A DNA stretch of 37,260 bases, from contig CAUFAM010000001.1 in NCBI GenBank assembly GCA_959022875.1, positions 1 to 37,260 on the forward strand. Reading direction: 5' to 3'. Of this stretch, positions 26,034 to 35,280 are shown piece after piece. The position numbers and the translations under genes are program-made. The notes below the pieces were generated by a model. The model did no database searches and was not told the origin of the DNA. It saw only the letters and a list, made by a program, of their open reading frames with translations. This stretch comes from an uncultured Oscillospiraceae bacterium (GTDB lineage: Bacteria; Bacillota; Clostridia; Oscillospirales; Oscillospiraceae). Each line of letters starts with the position of its first letter. The first letter of the stretch is position 1.

Positions 26034-26417
26034 TTATGCCCGAGGAGCCGGAGCCTTCTTGCCCTGGGGGACGATGCCGTTGATGAACCGGGCCGCCGCT
26101 TCCGCATCGGTGGCCAGCTCCATGAACAGATCGCTGTACGCCTCCGTCTGGGCGAACGCGTCCCGCAGCTCCTGGTTCTTGATAAAGCGCTTCCCGTCAG
26201 GGGACTTCTCACCATAGGCCCGCAGAATGATGTCCTTGAAGATGGCGATGATCTGCTTCCCATCCTGGGCCGCGACAATGCGGTTGATCATCTCCACCAG
26301 ACCGCCGTCCACGGAGAGCTCCAGCTCGGTCACCTCGGCCTGGGTCAGATTGAAGTAGAAATCCTCCGTGCGGGAAACGCCGTTATAGTCGTTGTAAGTC
26401 CTTGTCAGCTTCAGCAT
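26034..26417 (-). CDS. Tail assembly chaperone
   Basis: Follows the major tail gene; YNDYNG..R.EDFYFNL, AYGEKS.DG.RF.K motifs; AAAGGAG RBS. Confidence 0.7.
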   Translation of the reverse strand: MLKLTRTYNDYNGVSRTEDFYFNLTQAEVTELELSVDGGLVEMINRIVAAQDGKQIIAIFKDIILRAYGEKSPDGKRFIKNQELRDAFAQTEAYSDLFMELATDAEAAARFINGIVPQGKKAPAPRA

Positions 26418-26434
26418 TGCAGTTTTCTCCTTTC

Positions 26435-26476
26435 AAAAATAAAAGAAAGCGGAGCCCTCGGTGAAGAGAGCTCCGC
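26435..26476 (-). terminator. Intrinsic terminator after the major tail protein gene
   Basis: GCGGAGC...GCTCCGC stem followed on the coding strand by TTTCTTTTATTTTT. Confidence 0.75.
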
Positions 26477-26513
26477 CTTGCGGATTCGTTGTCTGGATTT
26501 CAGTCCCCGTTTC

Positions 26514-27548
26514 TCAGGACTCCAGAGTCAGGCCGGTCAGAGTATAGATCTTGGTGACAGAGGAGCTGTCCTTGGTGGAGATTACCTTGACGCTCTGGGA
26601 ATTGTTCTTGATGGGCAGAACAATGTTCTTGTCCTCATCCAGAGCCACAGCCCCCTTGGTGCCGCCCACCAGCTCCACGGTGGTGGTGGCGTCGGCCGGA
26701 GCGACGTCAAATTTCAGCGCCAGATAGTGCCCCTTCTGCTCAGAGGGATCGCTGCTGAACCCGGTATAGCCGGTCACATTCTTCAGGCTGCCGGTGATGG
26801 CGCTCTCGCCCACTACGACGTTGCTCTGAAGTTCGGAGACCTTCTTGCCCAGCAGGGTGGCGGAGGGGCTCTCCGGGGCGACGGTCACTGTAACATCGTT
26901 CGCCAACAGCTTGATGACTTCCTCGGGCAGAGGCAGCCGGGGCTCCGTTTCCTCGGTGCCGTAGAGGATGTCCTCCAGCGCCTTCAGCTTGGCAGGGTCG
27001 GCCTTGGTGGAGGTGATGATCAGACGGGCAGTGGGCTTGAAGCCGGGTACGTCCACGGGAGTGGTCGTGACCTCCCAGCTGGGGTTGATGGGTTCAGGAG
27101 AGTCGTTGACAGTCTGATAGCCCCGCTCAGAGGGAGAGGCCAGACCGCCGTAGACCAGGTGCAGCTTATAGCCGTGATCCTGACCGTCCACATCGTTGCC
27201 CAGCTTGGTGCGGTAGCTCAGGCCAAAGACCTTGCGGGTCTGCTGGCCGGCCATCACGCCGGGGGCGATCTCCGCGGAGCCGTCGCACTCCTCCCACTCG
27301 TCGGGGTAGGTGTAGCACTCAATGGTCAAACCGAAGTCCTCGGCGCCCACCAGCACCAGGTACTTGATGTTGTCGGCGTACATGTTGTTGGGCTCGGCGC
27401 CGGAGGGGCTCTCGTTAATGGCGGTGATGCCGCTCCAGGCTACACCCCTGTCGTAGACGCCGGTGGCGCTGATGGGGTAGAGGACGGCGTGATCGATGCC
27501 GGTTTCGTAGAAACGTTCCCCGATCTTGTCCCATACGAGTTTACTCAT
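26514..27548 (-). CDS. Major tail protein with C-terminal accessory beta domain
   Basis: L.WD..GER.YETG, ESPSGAE....YADNIKYL, YTYP.E, GYKLHLVY motifs; core ends near LPLPEEVI, followed by about 125 extra aa. Confidence 0.85.
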   Translation of the reverse strand: MSKLVWDKIGERFYETGIDHAVLYPISATGVYDRGVAWSGITAINESPSGAEPNNMYADNIKYLVLVGAEDFGLTIECYTYPDEWEECDGSAEIAPGVMAGQQTRKVFGLSYRTKLGNDVDGQDHGYKLHLVYGGLASPSERGYQTVNDSPEPINPSWEVTTTPVDVPGFKPTARLIITSTKADPAKLKALEDILYGTEETEPRLPLPEEVIKLLANDVTVTVAPESPSATLLGKKVSELQSNVVVGESAITGSLKNVTGYTGFSSDPSEQKGHYLALKFDVAPADATTTVELVGGTKGAVALDEDKNIVLPIKNNSQSVKVISTKDSSSVTKIYTLTGLTLES

Positions 27549-27564
27549 TTCGGATTTCCTCCTT

Positions 27565-27888
27565 TTAATAGTACAGGTTGAAGATGTCGTGGTTCAGATT
27601 GTCGGCCGTGAAATGACGGTCGTGGGCGCACATGGGCAGCATGGCAAGGCGGTGGGGCAGATCGCTGTCCGGGTTCTTGTAGATGGCCGTCACCTGATAC
27701 CGGTCCAGCAGCCGGTAGGGGGCGTTGTCAGCGTGGATGGCGCTGATTTCGCTTCGCTCGTAGACGATGCAGGGGTACTGGATTTCCTTGCTGGCCGGAG
27801 GCTGAAAATAAGCCCGGCACGCATCGCCGCGTTCCGGACAGCCAAGAATCCCGCACAGAAGGGTATGAAGTTGAATCCTGTCACCCAT
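27565..27888 (-). CDS. Tail terminator-like protein
   Basis: YFQPP.....YPCIVY...Y.VT.I...PD...DNL.H.....YY; precedes the major tail gene. Confidence 0.65.
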   Translation of the reverse strand: MGDRIQLHTLLCGILGCPERGDACRAYFQPPASKEIQYPCIVYERSEISAIHADNAPYRLLDRYQVTAIYKNPDSDLPHRLAMLPMCAHDRHFTADNLNHDIFNLYY

Positions 27889-28195
27889 TGTAGAGCCCCC
27901 CAATCGTCAGGATCAGGCGGGGATATCCCACTTCGACCTTGGAAATCTTCCATTTCGCGCCCATGTACGCCACATACCGCATCTTGTGGAAGTTCTTCCT
28001 GGCGAACGGATCGGCGACTATGCTGATCTCATTCGCGATATTGATGTCGTCGTTCAGGGTCTCCCCATACTGAATCTGGCGTGTATTCTGAGTCAAATCG
28101 CCATAGTACGGATACTCAACGATCTTCTCTTCATACACGCCAGGGGCAGTCTCAACGGTATCAGCATAGCCTACCGATCCATAAAATTTCGCCAT
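27881..28195 (-). CDS. Head-tail adaptor/head closure protein
   Basis: Follows the capsid gene; AKFYG.VGY...E..PG...ISIVADP...RY....G.KW.....V.YPRL. Confidence 0.65.
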   Translation of the reverse strand: MAKFYGSVGYADTVETAPGVYEEKIVEYPYYGDLTQNTRQIQYGETLNDDINIANEISIVADPFARKNFHKMRYVAYMGAKWKISKVEVGYPRLILTIGGLYNG

Positions 28196-28209
28196 TTTGA
28201 AGCTTCTCC

Positions 28210-30114
28210 TCAGGGAGTGCCGGCGGTGGTTCCAGCGCCGGAGCTGGCGGCCACAGGCTCCTCCAGCGCGATGGCGGAGTAGACGCGGGTCAGCGCGCCG
28301 GACAGGCGGGTCTCGATCAGGTACTTCTGCTGGTTGAAGTCGATGTCAAACTGGTCAAACCGGGTGATCTCGCCGCCCTTGGTGGAGCCCACGGTATAGT
28401 CGGCCAGGTTGACAAAGAGGCCCAGCAGCTTGTGCTTGGCGCCCTCGTCGTCCATACGGACCAAGCCCTCGAACTGCTCGGCAGTATAGAGCTCGCCGAT
28501 GTTCAGGGCGGCGGCCAGGTCGGCCTTGGAGTTGTAGATGCGGCGGCCGTTCATGTCCCGGGCCAGCAGCATCACGTTCACCAGATGAGGCGTGCAGAAG
28601 AAATCAGGGGTGCCGGTGCCCTTGTACTTCTCCCGGGCATAGAGAGCGGCGGTGATGATGGCCTCGGAGTAGATGTAATTCTCGCCGAAGCTCATATCGG
28701 TCTTGCTACCGTTGAGCTCGGCGCGGGCGGCCTCAATATCCACGTCGTAGTGGATGGTGTAGAGGTCGTTGTCGTTCCAGATGGAACGGATGTGGTCCTC
28801 GGAGATCTTCATCTCGTCGTCCGCTTCGCGGCCGTCGCCCACCATGATGGCGGTAGCCACCTCTTCGTTGAGGTTCTCCCGCATCACGGCATACTGGTAC
28901 TCCACTACATCGAAATCAGTGATGTCGACAATGTCGTCCCGGTGCAGGGCGTCGGTGCGGTACACCGTCTGAGGGTCAGTGGTCCGGGTGATGACGTTCA
29001 TGTTGCCGGACAGAGTCTTGCGCTTGCCCTTCTGATAGCCGTGGGCCCGGATGGAGTCCTTGCGGGTGTCCATCTGGCGGGTACGAATACGGCTGATGGG
29101 GCTCTTGTGGACCTTCTGCATGACGGCAGTCACCCAGCCCTGGTCGCGGGTAACGCGCTCAGGCGCGCCGGGGCGCAGGTCCTTGAAGTCCGGGAACAGG
29201 CTCTCGATATTGTCGATGCCGTGCTTGAGCTCGTTCTGCTCAGCGTAGATCTTCAGAGCGGTCTGAAGGCTGCCCACGCTGTTGCTCTTGGCCAGAGCAA
29301 GAATGTCAGCGCGGTCGGAGTGGCTCAGAACGGTGTCCTGAGTGTCTTCGTTCTCGAAAACATTGTGCTTCATGGTCTTGTTTCCTCCCTTGGTTTTGTC
29401 AGATTTCTTGTCGGGGTCGTCGTCATCGTCGTCGCCCCCGTCCCCCTTGCCCTTCTGGGAATCCAATTCCTCCATGGCCGCGCCGATCAGGGCATACATG
29501 ACCGTTCTCTGCTCCTCGGTCATGCTGTCCACCACGTCCTGGACGGTCTTCTCATTCTCAGGCTTCTCCTCTTTTCCGTCGTCCTTAGGCTTGTCCTCTT
29601 TCTTGCCATCCCCAGAGCCGGCCTTATGAACAAGAGGGGGCTTCTCGTCGGGGCGGAACAGGGAAATGGGCTCGTAGGCGGACAGGATCATCTCCTGCTC
29701 GCCGCCTTCGCCGTGGGCCATATCCACAAAGTCAATAAAGGCGCCGGGATTTGCCCCGGCGACCACCAGGCTGACCTCCCGGATGACGCCATGCGTCACA
29801 TCCTTGCTGGGGGTCTGCTTCAGCCCATTGGCGTAAATGGACAGGGACGCGATGTCCCCATGCTGGACCAGCATCTTAGCCGCCTTGCCGGCGTCGGTCT
29901 CGTTGAATGTGCAGTAGGCGTAAACGCCGTCCTTCCGGTTCTCCAAAAGGGCGTGGCCCAGGATGTTGCCAGGTTCGTCGTGCTGGTGGTTCCAAACCAG
30001 GGGAACCGTCTTCCCGTCGCAATCCTCGAATGCGTTATGGCGGATGGTTCGTCCGTCCGCGCAGACAAGGTCGTTCCGGGTCGCCCAGCCACTAAAGTCA
30101 TACTTCAGGTTCAT
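28210..30114 (-). CDS. Fused prohead protease/scaffold - major capsid protein
   Basis: N-terminal HK97-type protease (FSGWAT, DGR.I...AF, PLVWNH.H, LSI, EVSLV..GANP.A); charged linker; capsid domain with F..FDIDFNQQKYL.ETR.SGAL. Confidence 0.85.
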   Translation of the reverse strand: MNLKYDFSGWATRNDLVCADGRTIRHNAFEDCDGKTVPLVWNHQHDEPGNILGHALLENRKDGVYAYCTFNETDAGKAAKMLVQHGDIASLSIYANGLKQTPSKDVTHGVIREVSLVVAGANPGAFIDFVDMAHGEGGEQEMILSAYEPISLFRPDEKPPLVHKAGSGDGKKEDKPKDDGKEEKPENEKTVQDVVDSMTEEQRTVMYALIGAAMEELDSQKGKGDGGDDDDDDPDKKSDKTKGGNKTMKHNVFENEDTQDTVLSHSDRADILALAKSNSVGSLQTALKIYAEQNELKHGIDNIESLFPDFKDLRPGAPERVTRDQGWVTAVMQKVHKSPISRIRTRQMDTRKDSIRAHGYQKGKRKTLSGNMNVITRTTDPQTVYRTDALHRDDIVDITDFDVVEYQYAVMRENLNEEVATAIMVGDGREADDEMKISEDHIRSIWNDNDLYTIHYDVDIEAARAELNGSKTDMSFGENYIYSEAIITAALYAREKYKGTGTPDFFCTPHLVNVMLLARDMNGRRIYNSKADLAAALNIGELYTAEQFEGLVRMDDEGAKHKLLGLFVNLADYTVGSTKGGEITRFDQFDIDFNQQKYLIETRLSGALTRVYSAIALEEPVAASSGAGTTAGTP

Positions 30115-31345
30115 TTTGAACGTTTCCTCCTTCAGATGTTGATGGTGGCTGATTGCCCTCCTCTTTCGGGGCGCTTAAGTTGCTGTTTCGGAGCTCGTCC
30201 GCCTTGGGGTCCTTCGACGGCTTCATGCCGATCTTCTGCCGGATCTCATTGGAGGTCATGATCTCGTTGCGGGTCATCTTGTCGGCAATTTCGGCAATAT
30301 CGTTGATGGGCACCAGCCGGAACGGGTCTCTGAAGAAGAGGATCGACTGCTTCTGTGACCGAGCAGTTTTGGTGAGGAATTTCCTCTTCATTTCGTCAAC
30401 AATGGCTGATAGGATCGGTTCAATCGTCCGGTTGTCGTAATTCAGCTTCGTCCGGTCATCGGCAGTCCCGTCCAAAATCCCCTGCGTGATCCCCAACTGG
30501 CTGTAAAGCATGCTCGTCAGGTATTCAATCTGGGACATCAGATTGTTGTCGATGGGCCGGTTCAGCTGGACCACGTGTTCCGTGCCGTCGGTGTAAGCGA
30601 CGCCATACTTGGAGCCGGACAACTGTTCCTCGATATCTTTACGGCGTTTTTCCGCCTGTTGACGCCTCGCTTCCGTCTTGATGACGTAGGGCAGCTGAAT
30701 AATCAGGTTGAGTTTTCCGGAACCGCTCTGCTCGTCGATTGCGTCCAAAATATTGAGTTTTCGGATCAACCGCTGCATGGTGGAGTTGGGCTCATTCATC
30801 ACCGCGAAAAACGGGTTCTCAATGATGGCGACCCCACTCTTCGGCAGGATGACATCCTGCTTCTCGCCCCGGTTCTCGTTGTAGACCCGGACCTTGACGT
30901 GCTTGGGATACCACTCCACGATTTTCCCGGTACGCATCGTTTCGATCTTGAACGAGCCGGTCTCCGGGTCGAGGTCGGTATCCGTGGGCACGATGGCCAC
31001 GCATCCCTCGTCCAGCATGGACATGACCACGTCCTGGATAAAGGCCCGCCCGGTCTGGTCCAGATTTGCCTCCAAAGTCAAACAGCCGTTCAAACTTGAA
31101 TTGATCACCTCTGTAAACCGGCCGTCGTCATCCAGGCGGACATGCTGAATCCCAATCGACGCCGCGTCCAGCGCGATCCGGTTGTAGACGGAGGTAATGA
31201 TGGAGCGCTCGTTTCCCCGGCTGAAAATGGGCCGGTCCGGGCGGTAGGAGTAGCTGGGGCCAAGGGAATGGCTGTACTTGAAAAACTCATTGCCTAAAAA
31301 AGCGTTCCAGGCGTGTTTCAGCCTGGAACCAACTGACATTTCCAC
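30098..31345 (-). CDS. Portal protein
   Basis: Between terminase and capsid; IYNRIA.D-like segment, EAN.DQ..R.F, ENP...VMNEPNS, TSNEIR..IG..P; GTG at 31345 with GGAGG RBS. Confidence 0.85.
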   Translation of the reverse strand: MEMSVGSRLKHAWNAFLGNEFFKYSHSLGPSYSYRPDRPIFSRGNERSIITSVYNRIALDAASIGIQHVRLDDDGRFTEVINSSLNGCLTLEANLDQTGRAFIQDVVMSMLDEGCVAIVPTDTDLDPETGSFKIETMRTGKIVEWYPKHVKVRVYNENRGEKQDVILPKSGVAIIENPFFAVMNEPNSTMQRLIRKLNILDAIDEQSGSGKLNLIIQLPYVIKTEARRQQAEKRRKDIEEQLSGSKYGVAYTDGTEHVVQLNRPIDNNLMSQIEYLTSMLYSQLGITQGILDGTADDRTKLNYDNRTIEPILSAIVDEMKRKFLTKTARSQKQSILFFRDPFRLVPINDIAEIADKMTRNEIMTSNEIRQKIGMKPSKDPKADELRNSNLSAPKEEGNQPPSTSEGGNVQNEPEV

Positions 31346-31357
31346 TTTTCTCACCTC

Positions 31358-31852
31358 CTACGACAGCAGATCGGCGTACATCTTCTTGAGCAGCTCGTCG
31401 TTCTGCTTCATCAAGGCCGCGAAGTCGTAAGCCGGAGGAGGCTTTGCCGCGGATGCCTGCTTTGTGGCCGAGGCAACGGTTTTTACCGCCTGCTGAACGC
31501 CGCCGCCCGGAGACGGCCCGGGAGTCCGAAGCTGGCTGACCGGCGTTGAGAAGACGGAGGCGCTCTTTTGAAGCTGCTCCACGGCCCGCTTTCCCTGCTC
31601 TGCCTTTGCGGCAAGCTCCGCCGCCTTTTTCGCCCCGTGCCGTTTTACCAGATAAGCGGTAAGAACGATTCCTGCGGCTGCCGCCGCTCCCACGGCCGCT
31701 TTTCCGGCTGCGGGCAGCTTCTTCCGCTCGGGTCCATCCTCACCGCCGTACCGTTTCCGGCCCTGGGACGTCAAGCTTCCATCCTTCTGCTGAAATCTCC
31801 GCACGCCCCATTTCATCCCACGGATGCCGTAGTGCTGCAAAACATCTGACAA
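31358..31852 (-). CDS. HxGIxGMKWG-tag protein D (164 aa, hydrophobic segment)
   Basis: N-terminal LQHYGIRGMKWGVRRFQ; AAVGAAAAAGIVLTAYLV; TTG start with AGGAGGTG RBS. Confidence 0.75.
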   Translation of the reverse strand: MSDVLQHYGIRGMKWGVRRFQQKDGSLTSQGRKRYGGEDGPERKKLPAAGKAAVGAAAAAGIVLTAYLVKRHGAKKAAELAAKAEQGKRAVEQLQKSASVFSTPVSQLRTPGPSPGGGVQQAVKTVASATKQASAAKPPPAYDFAALMKQNDELLKKMYADLLS

Positions 31853-31917
31853 TCGCGGTCACCTCCTATCTGTGATAAAATTTGTAACAACCGTCCCGTG
31901 TGTATCTAATTTAGGTC

Positions 31918-31954
31918 AAAAAAAAAACCACAGACCCGGTTAAGAGTCTGTGGT
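31918..31954 (-). terminator. Intrinsic terminator
   Basis: ACCACAGAC...GTCTGTGGT 9-bp stem followed by a T-run of about 10 on the coding strand. Confidence 0.75.
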
Positions 31955-32032
31955 GAGGCGTTTCGCCGCTTTGACAGGGCGAATGCCATTGTGCAAAAGA
32001 ATGTCGAGAAAAATAGGAGTCAACGCCATCAT
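31940..32032 (-). pseudogene. 30-aa relic carrying a degenerate HxGI tag
   Basis: MMALTPIFLDILLHNGIRPVKAAKRLTTDS*, with GAGAGGG upstream; DILLHNGIRPVK aligns with DVLQHYGIRGMK of the neighbouring gene. Confidence 0.4.
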
Positions 32033-32045
32033 TGTCCCTCTCTTC

Positions 32046-32600
32046 TCAATGGGCATAGTAGGCCCGCAGCTTTCTGTTCTCGCTGATGGCCTTTCCAGCG
32101 AGCAAAGCGTTCACGATTGTTCCGCCCACTGCGATAGCTGAGCCCGCAAGTTGTGCCGTCCGCTGGTCTTCCATCCCTTTGGATAAGAGTGAACTTACCG
32201 CATAGGAACCAACTACTATGGCCGTTTCCGCTAAATAAGCAGTTCGGGTATTCCCGGTAATGGTCTTGCCGCGCTGATAAAGTTTCTTGCCTTCATCCGC
32301 TAACTTGTCGGTCTTCAGTTTACCATAGGCGTCTTCCATCCGACGTTTTTCGGTTTTGACGGCCCGATTAGCGTCCTTGACCTGCTGCCGGGTAGCCTGT
32401 CCGGATTTATGGGCGGCTTTCGTTTCTGCCGCTTTTGATTTGGCACGTTCATAGTCCGATTCGGCTTTGCGATAGCGCTCCAGTCCTTTTCGGGTATAGG
32501 AACCGTCATAGTTCTGATAACGCCTGACGCCCCATTTCATGCCCTTGACTCCATAATGGGCAAGGCAATCCTGGGGAGAAGGTTTATAATAGGGCTTCAT
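32046..32600 (-). CDS. HxGIxGMKWG-tag protein C (184 aa, basic coiled coil, two hydrophobic segments)
   Basis: LAHYGVKGMKWGVRRYQN; ATG at 32600 preceded by a G9 run. Confidence 0.75.
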   Translation of the reverse strand: MKPYYKPSPQDCLAHYGVKGMKWGVRRYQNYDGSYTRKGLERYRKAESDYERAKSKAAETKAAHKSGQATRQQVKDANRAVKTEKRRMEDAYGKLKTDKLADEGKKLYQRGKTITGNTRTAYLAETAIVVGSYAVSSLLSKGMEDQRTAQLAGSAIAVGGTIVNALLAGKAISENRKLRAYYAH

Positions 32601-32622
32601 AAGTACCCCCCCCCTTTTTTTT

Positions 32623-34371
32623 TTACTCAAATGCTTCTGGGTTGTGTTTATAGGCGACGTAGGCGTCCATCATGGCCGCCACCGCGTCGATCTTCTGGTC
32701 AGACCGCTTTTTCAGCAGCTTACGGTTGCCGTTGGTGTCCTCCATCGTGATGCAGTTGCCCATAGAGAAGGTGATTAAGTCCTCGTCAAAGAGCAGCATC
32801 CGCTCTCCGGCCAGCTTCTTCAGCTCGCCCAGGGGGACGGATTCCGTTCTCGCCCCCTGCCGGACCACCTCGACCCCAAACGGGCCGTTCTCATTGACCC
32901 ACCGCTCCACAAATTCCTTGGCGTTGTAGGGGTCATATCCAAAGCAGCGCACATCGTAGCCGCAGTTGATGACATGGTCGTCCAGATCCTCATAGACCTG
33001 CATCATGTCGAGAACTGTCCCCTCCATGACGATCAGGCTGCCCTCTGCCATAAAGTCCTCGTACTTAACCCGCATGGCGGCGGGGAGCTTATGGAGTGTC
33101 ACCGATGTGATGTAGTTGCGCGACTTAACGCCAAAGGAACCATCCCGAAGAGGGAACAGGAACGTAAAGGAGCAGAAGTCATCGCCCTGGGAGAGATCGG
33201 CGCCCATGGAGCAGGGCATCTGCCAAAACCGCTGCCGGCGGTGGGGCAAAGTCTCCTCGTAGGTGAAGTAGTAGGTGTACCCCTCCATAGGAAGGCCGAA
33301 CCGCTTGGCCAGCATATCATTCCGTGTGGCGGGGGCGGTTTCCGCCCGGTCCACATCCTTCTGATAGGTCTCATAGGTGACGGTCTTTCCCAGATTCGGG
33401 TTGGCCTTAGGCCACATATCGGGGTAGGCCACCTCCTCAACAGAGTCCAGCTTGTACCACCAGATGGAAACATGCTCCTGCGGAGGGCCAATGCCTTGGA
33501 GAATGTTCATCAGCTCCATTTTGATGGTATCGCCGGCGCCGTTACGAACCGTGCCCTCGGAACTGGTCGCTATAATAAGGTAGTCGTCCAGCTTGGAGGC
33601 GCCCTGCTCCACCGCGCCGATGACATCCTCCCGGGCGTCGGCGGAGGACAGCCACTCGTCCACGGTGGCCACTTTGCAGCGCAGGCCCTGGAGCTTGTCC
33701 ACCGACATGGGGCGGATCTCAATCAGGGAGCCCGAGATAAAATTCTCAATACCCTTCTTGGTAGAGGCCAGCTTCACCCGATTGGCCCGGGACCCGGTGG
33801 TGTTCTGCAAAGACCCCTCAGTCATGAACTGGAAGACGGGGCCTCTGGCCCGGGTGATGGCGGTCTTGATGGGGTTGATGATCTCCTCGGCCTGCTTCAT
33901 GGTGGGGGCCGTGGTGATCTGATGGGTGGTGGAGCCGTCCACAACACAGAAGTATGCCTGAATGCAGGAATCGTAAAGCGACTTCGCCGCGCCTCTCCCC
34001 ACGATCAGGTACTGCTTTTTGGTCAGCCGCTGCTTGATCCGCTTGGTCACATAGCGTCCGCCTCTGCCGTCCGGATTGGGTACATAGACAGAGCGGTCGT
34101 CGAAATAGTACCAGCCGAACACCTGTTCCCCCCAAAGCTTGAAGGTATCCAGGAGATGCAGGTCGGAACCGTCGGTCAGGGTCAGCTCGTTCTCGCAGAA
34201 CTCGATCCAGCCCTCCACCGCCCTGTCATCATAGTAGTAACTGGGCGACTCGATCAGCCGGTCAATCCGGTACATCTCCATGGCAACTTCCTTGCAGACC
34301 GGAATATCGCCGCGGATGACCGCATCGCGGAATGCGCCGTAGTAACGGGGGACGGCGGTGTTGGATAACAT
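32623..34371 (-). CDS. terL: Terminase large subunit
   Basis: Walker A-like VGRGAAKS, Walker B TVDEW, TSSEG coupling motif, KANPNLG, nuclease GADLS..DD, YDPYN, KIDAVAA. Confidence 0.9.
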   Translation of the reverse strand: MLSNTAVPRYYGAFRDAVIRGDIPVCKEVAMEMYRIDRLIESPSYYYDDRAVEGWIEFCENELTLTDGSDLHLLDTFKLWGEQVFGWYYFDDRSVYVPNPDGRGGRYVTKRIKQRLTKKQYLIVGRGAAKSLYDSCIQAYFCVVDGSTTHQITTAPTMKQAEEIINPIKTAITRARGPVFQFMTEGSLQNTTGSRANRVKLASTKKGIENFISGSLIEIRPMSVDKLQGLRCKVATVDEWLSSADAREDVIGAVEQGASKLDDYLIIATSSEGTVRNGAGDTIKMELMNILQGIGPPQEHVSIWWYKLDSVEEVAYPDMWPKANPNLGKTVTYETYQKDVDRAETAPATRNDMLAKRFGLPMEGYTYYFTYEETLPHRRQRFWQMPCSMGADLSQGDDFCSFTFLFPLRDGSFGVKSRNYITSVTLHKLPAAMRVKYEDFMAEGSLIVMEGTVLDMMQVYEDLDDHVINCGYDVRCFGYDPYNAKEFVERWVNENGPFGVEVVRQGARTESVPLGELKKLAGERMLLFDEDLITFSMGNCITMEDTNGNRKLLKKRSDQKIDAVAAMMDAYVAYKHNPEAFE

Positions 34372-34389
34372 CGGTTCACCAGCCTCCCG

Positions 34390-35274
34390 TTACAGCCCCA
34401 GCGCTTTTCTGCCAAGGAGAACCAGGGTGGAGAACTTCTGCTCGCTCAGCTTTGTCCGGTAGGTATCTTTTGGAATAACCTGCTCCATGTCGAACACGAT
34501 GATGGGCGATTTGGCCTTGAAACCGCCGTAAATGGCGTCGTTCGTGTCAAGGAACGCGCCATAGCCCGCCTTCTTGCATTCGTTAAAAAACTTGGTGCGC
34601 TGGACATAGACGTCATGCCCCTTCCATCGGTCGCCCTGTCCGTCATATGGAATCACATAATTGAACATCCGATAGACTGTCTGGAGATCTTTGGCCGAGG
34701 GCGTATAGTCCGGGTCCTTCATCCTTTCCAACACTGCGGCAGCTTCCCGATACCCCTTGAATTTGTACTTGTCTTTCACGAAATAGCTCTGCATCCGGTC
34801 CTTATCCGTTACAAAGTTATAAAAATCCCGATCTTTTCGATAGAGATTCATGAAGACCTCTGCGCCGGAGTCCTCGCTCGCCACCTTCAAGTCGGTTTTA
34901 AGCGAGTTGTCGATCCGGTACTTCATAAACGCGCCGGTTCCGATTTGCTTCCCATTCTCGTCATATACCGGCTGCGGGATCGGCCGGTTGAACAGTGCGT
35001 TATACTGGTGCGTGTCCAGGGAATTGTGGGTTGCGTAGAACATATCGGTGTTCTTGGTCCGGTCCTTGTCATAGGACAACGTGCTCAGGGTCGTCTTATC
35101 GGCGTTCAGCACTTCGTCAAAGTGCTTCTTGTTGTAGATGCTGTTGCCGCTCTTCCGCTTATTGCGGATGGCTTTTTTCTGGGCCGGAGTGTAGTCGCCG
35201 CCCCGCAGGGGATAGGGAGGACCGTTCCGAACGCCCCACTTCTGTTTCAGAATTCCATGGTGATGCAGTTCCAT
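34390..35274 (-). CDS. HxGIxxxKWG-tag protein B (294 aa, globular C-terminal domain)
   Basis: LHHHGILKQKWGVRNGPPYPL; C-terminal GYGAFLDTND...SPIIVFD. Confidence 0.75.
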   Translation of the reverse strand: MELHHHGILKQKWGVRNGPPYPLRGGDYTPAQKKAIRNKRKSGNSIYNKKHFDEVLNADKTTLSTLSYDKDRTKNTDMFYATHNSLDTHQYNALFNRPIPQPVYDENGKQIGTGAFMKYRIDNSLKTDLKVASEDSGAEVFMNLYRKDRDFYNFVTDKDRMQSYFVKDKYKFKGYREAAAVLERMKDPDYTPSAKDLQTVYRMFNYVIPYDGQGDRWKGHDVYVQRTKFFNECKKAGYGAFLDTNDAIYGGFKAKSPIIVFDMEQVIPKDTYRTKLSEQKFSTLVLLGRKALGL

Positions 35275-35280
35275 AAACAA

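Noticed and set aside
25997..26060. Programmed -1 frameshift joining the two tail chaperone genes
   Set aside because: No XXXYYYZ slippery heptamer is visible before the stop at 26034, and the second gene has its own GGGGAG RBS and ATG.
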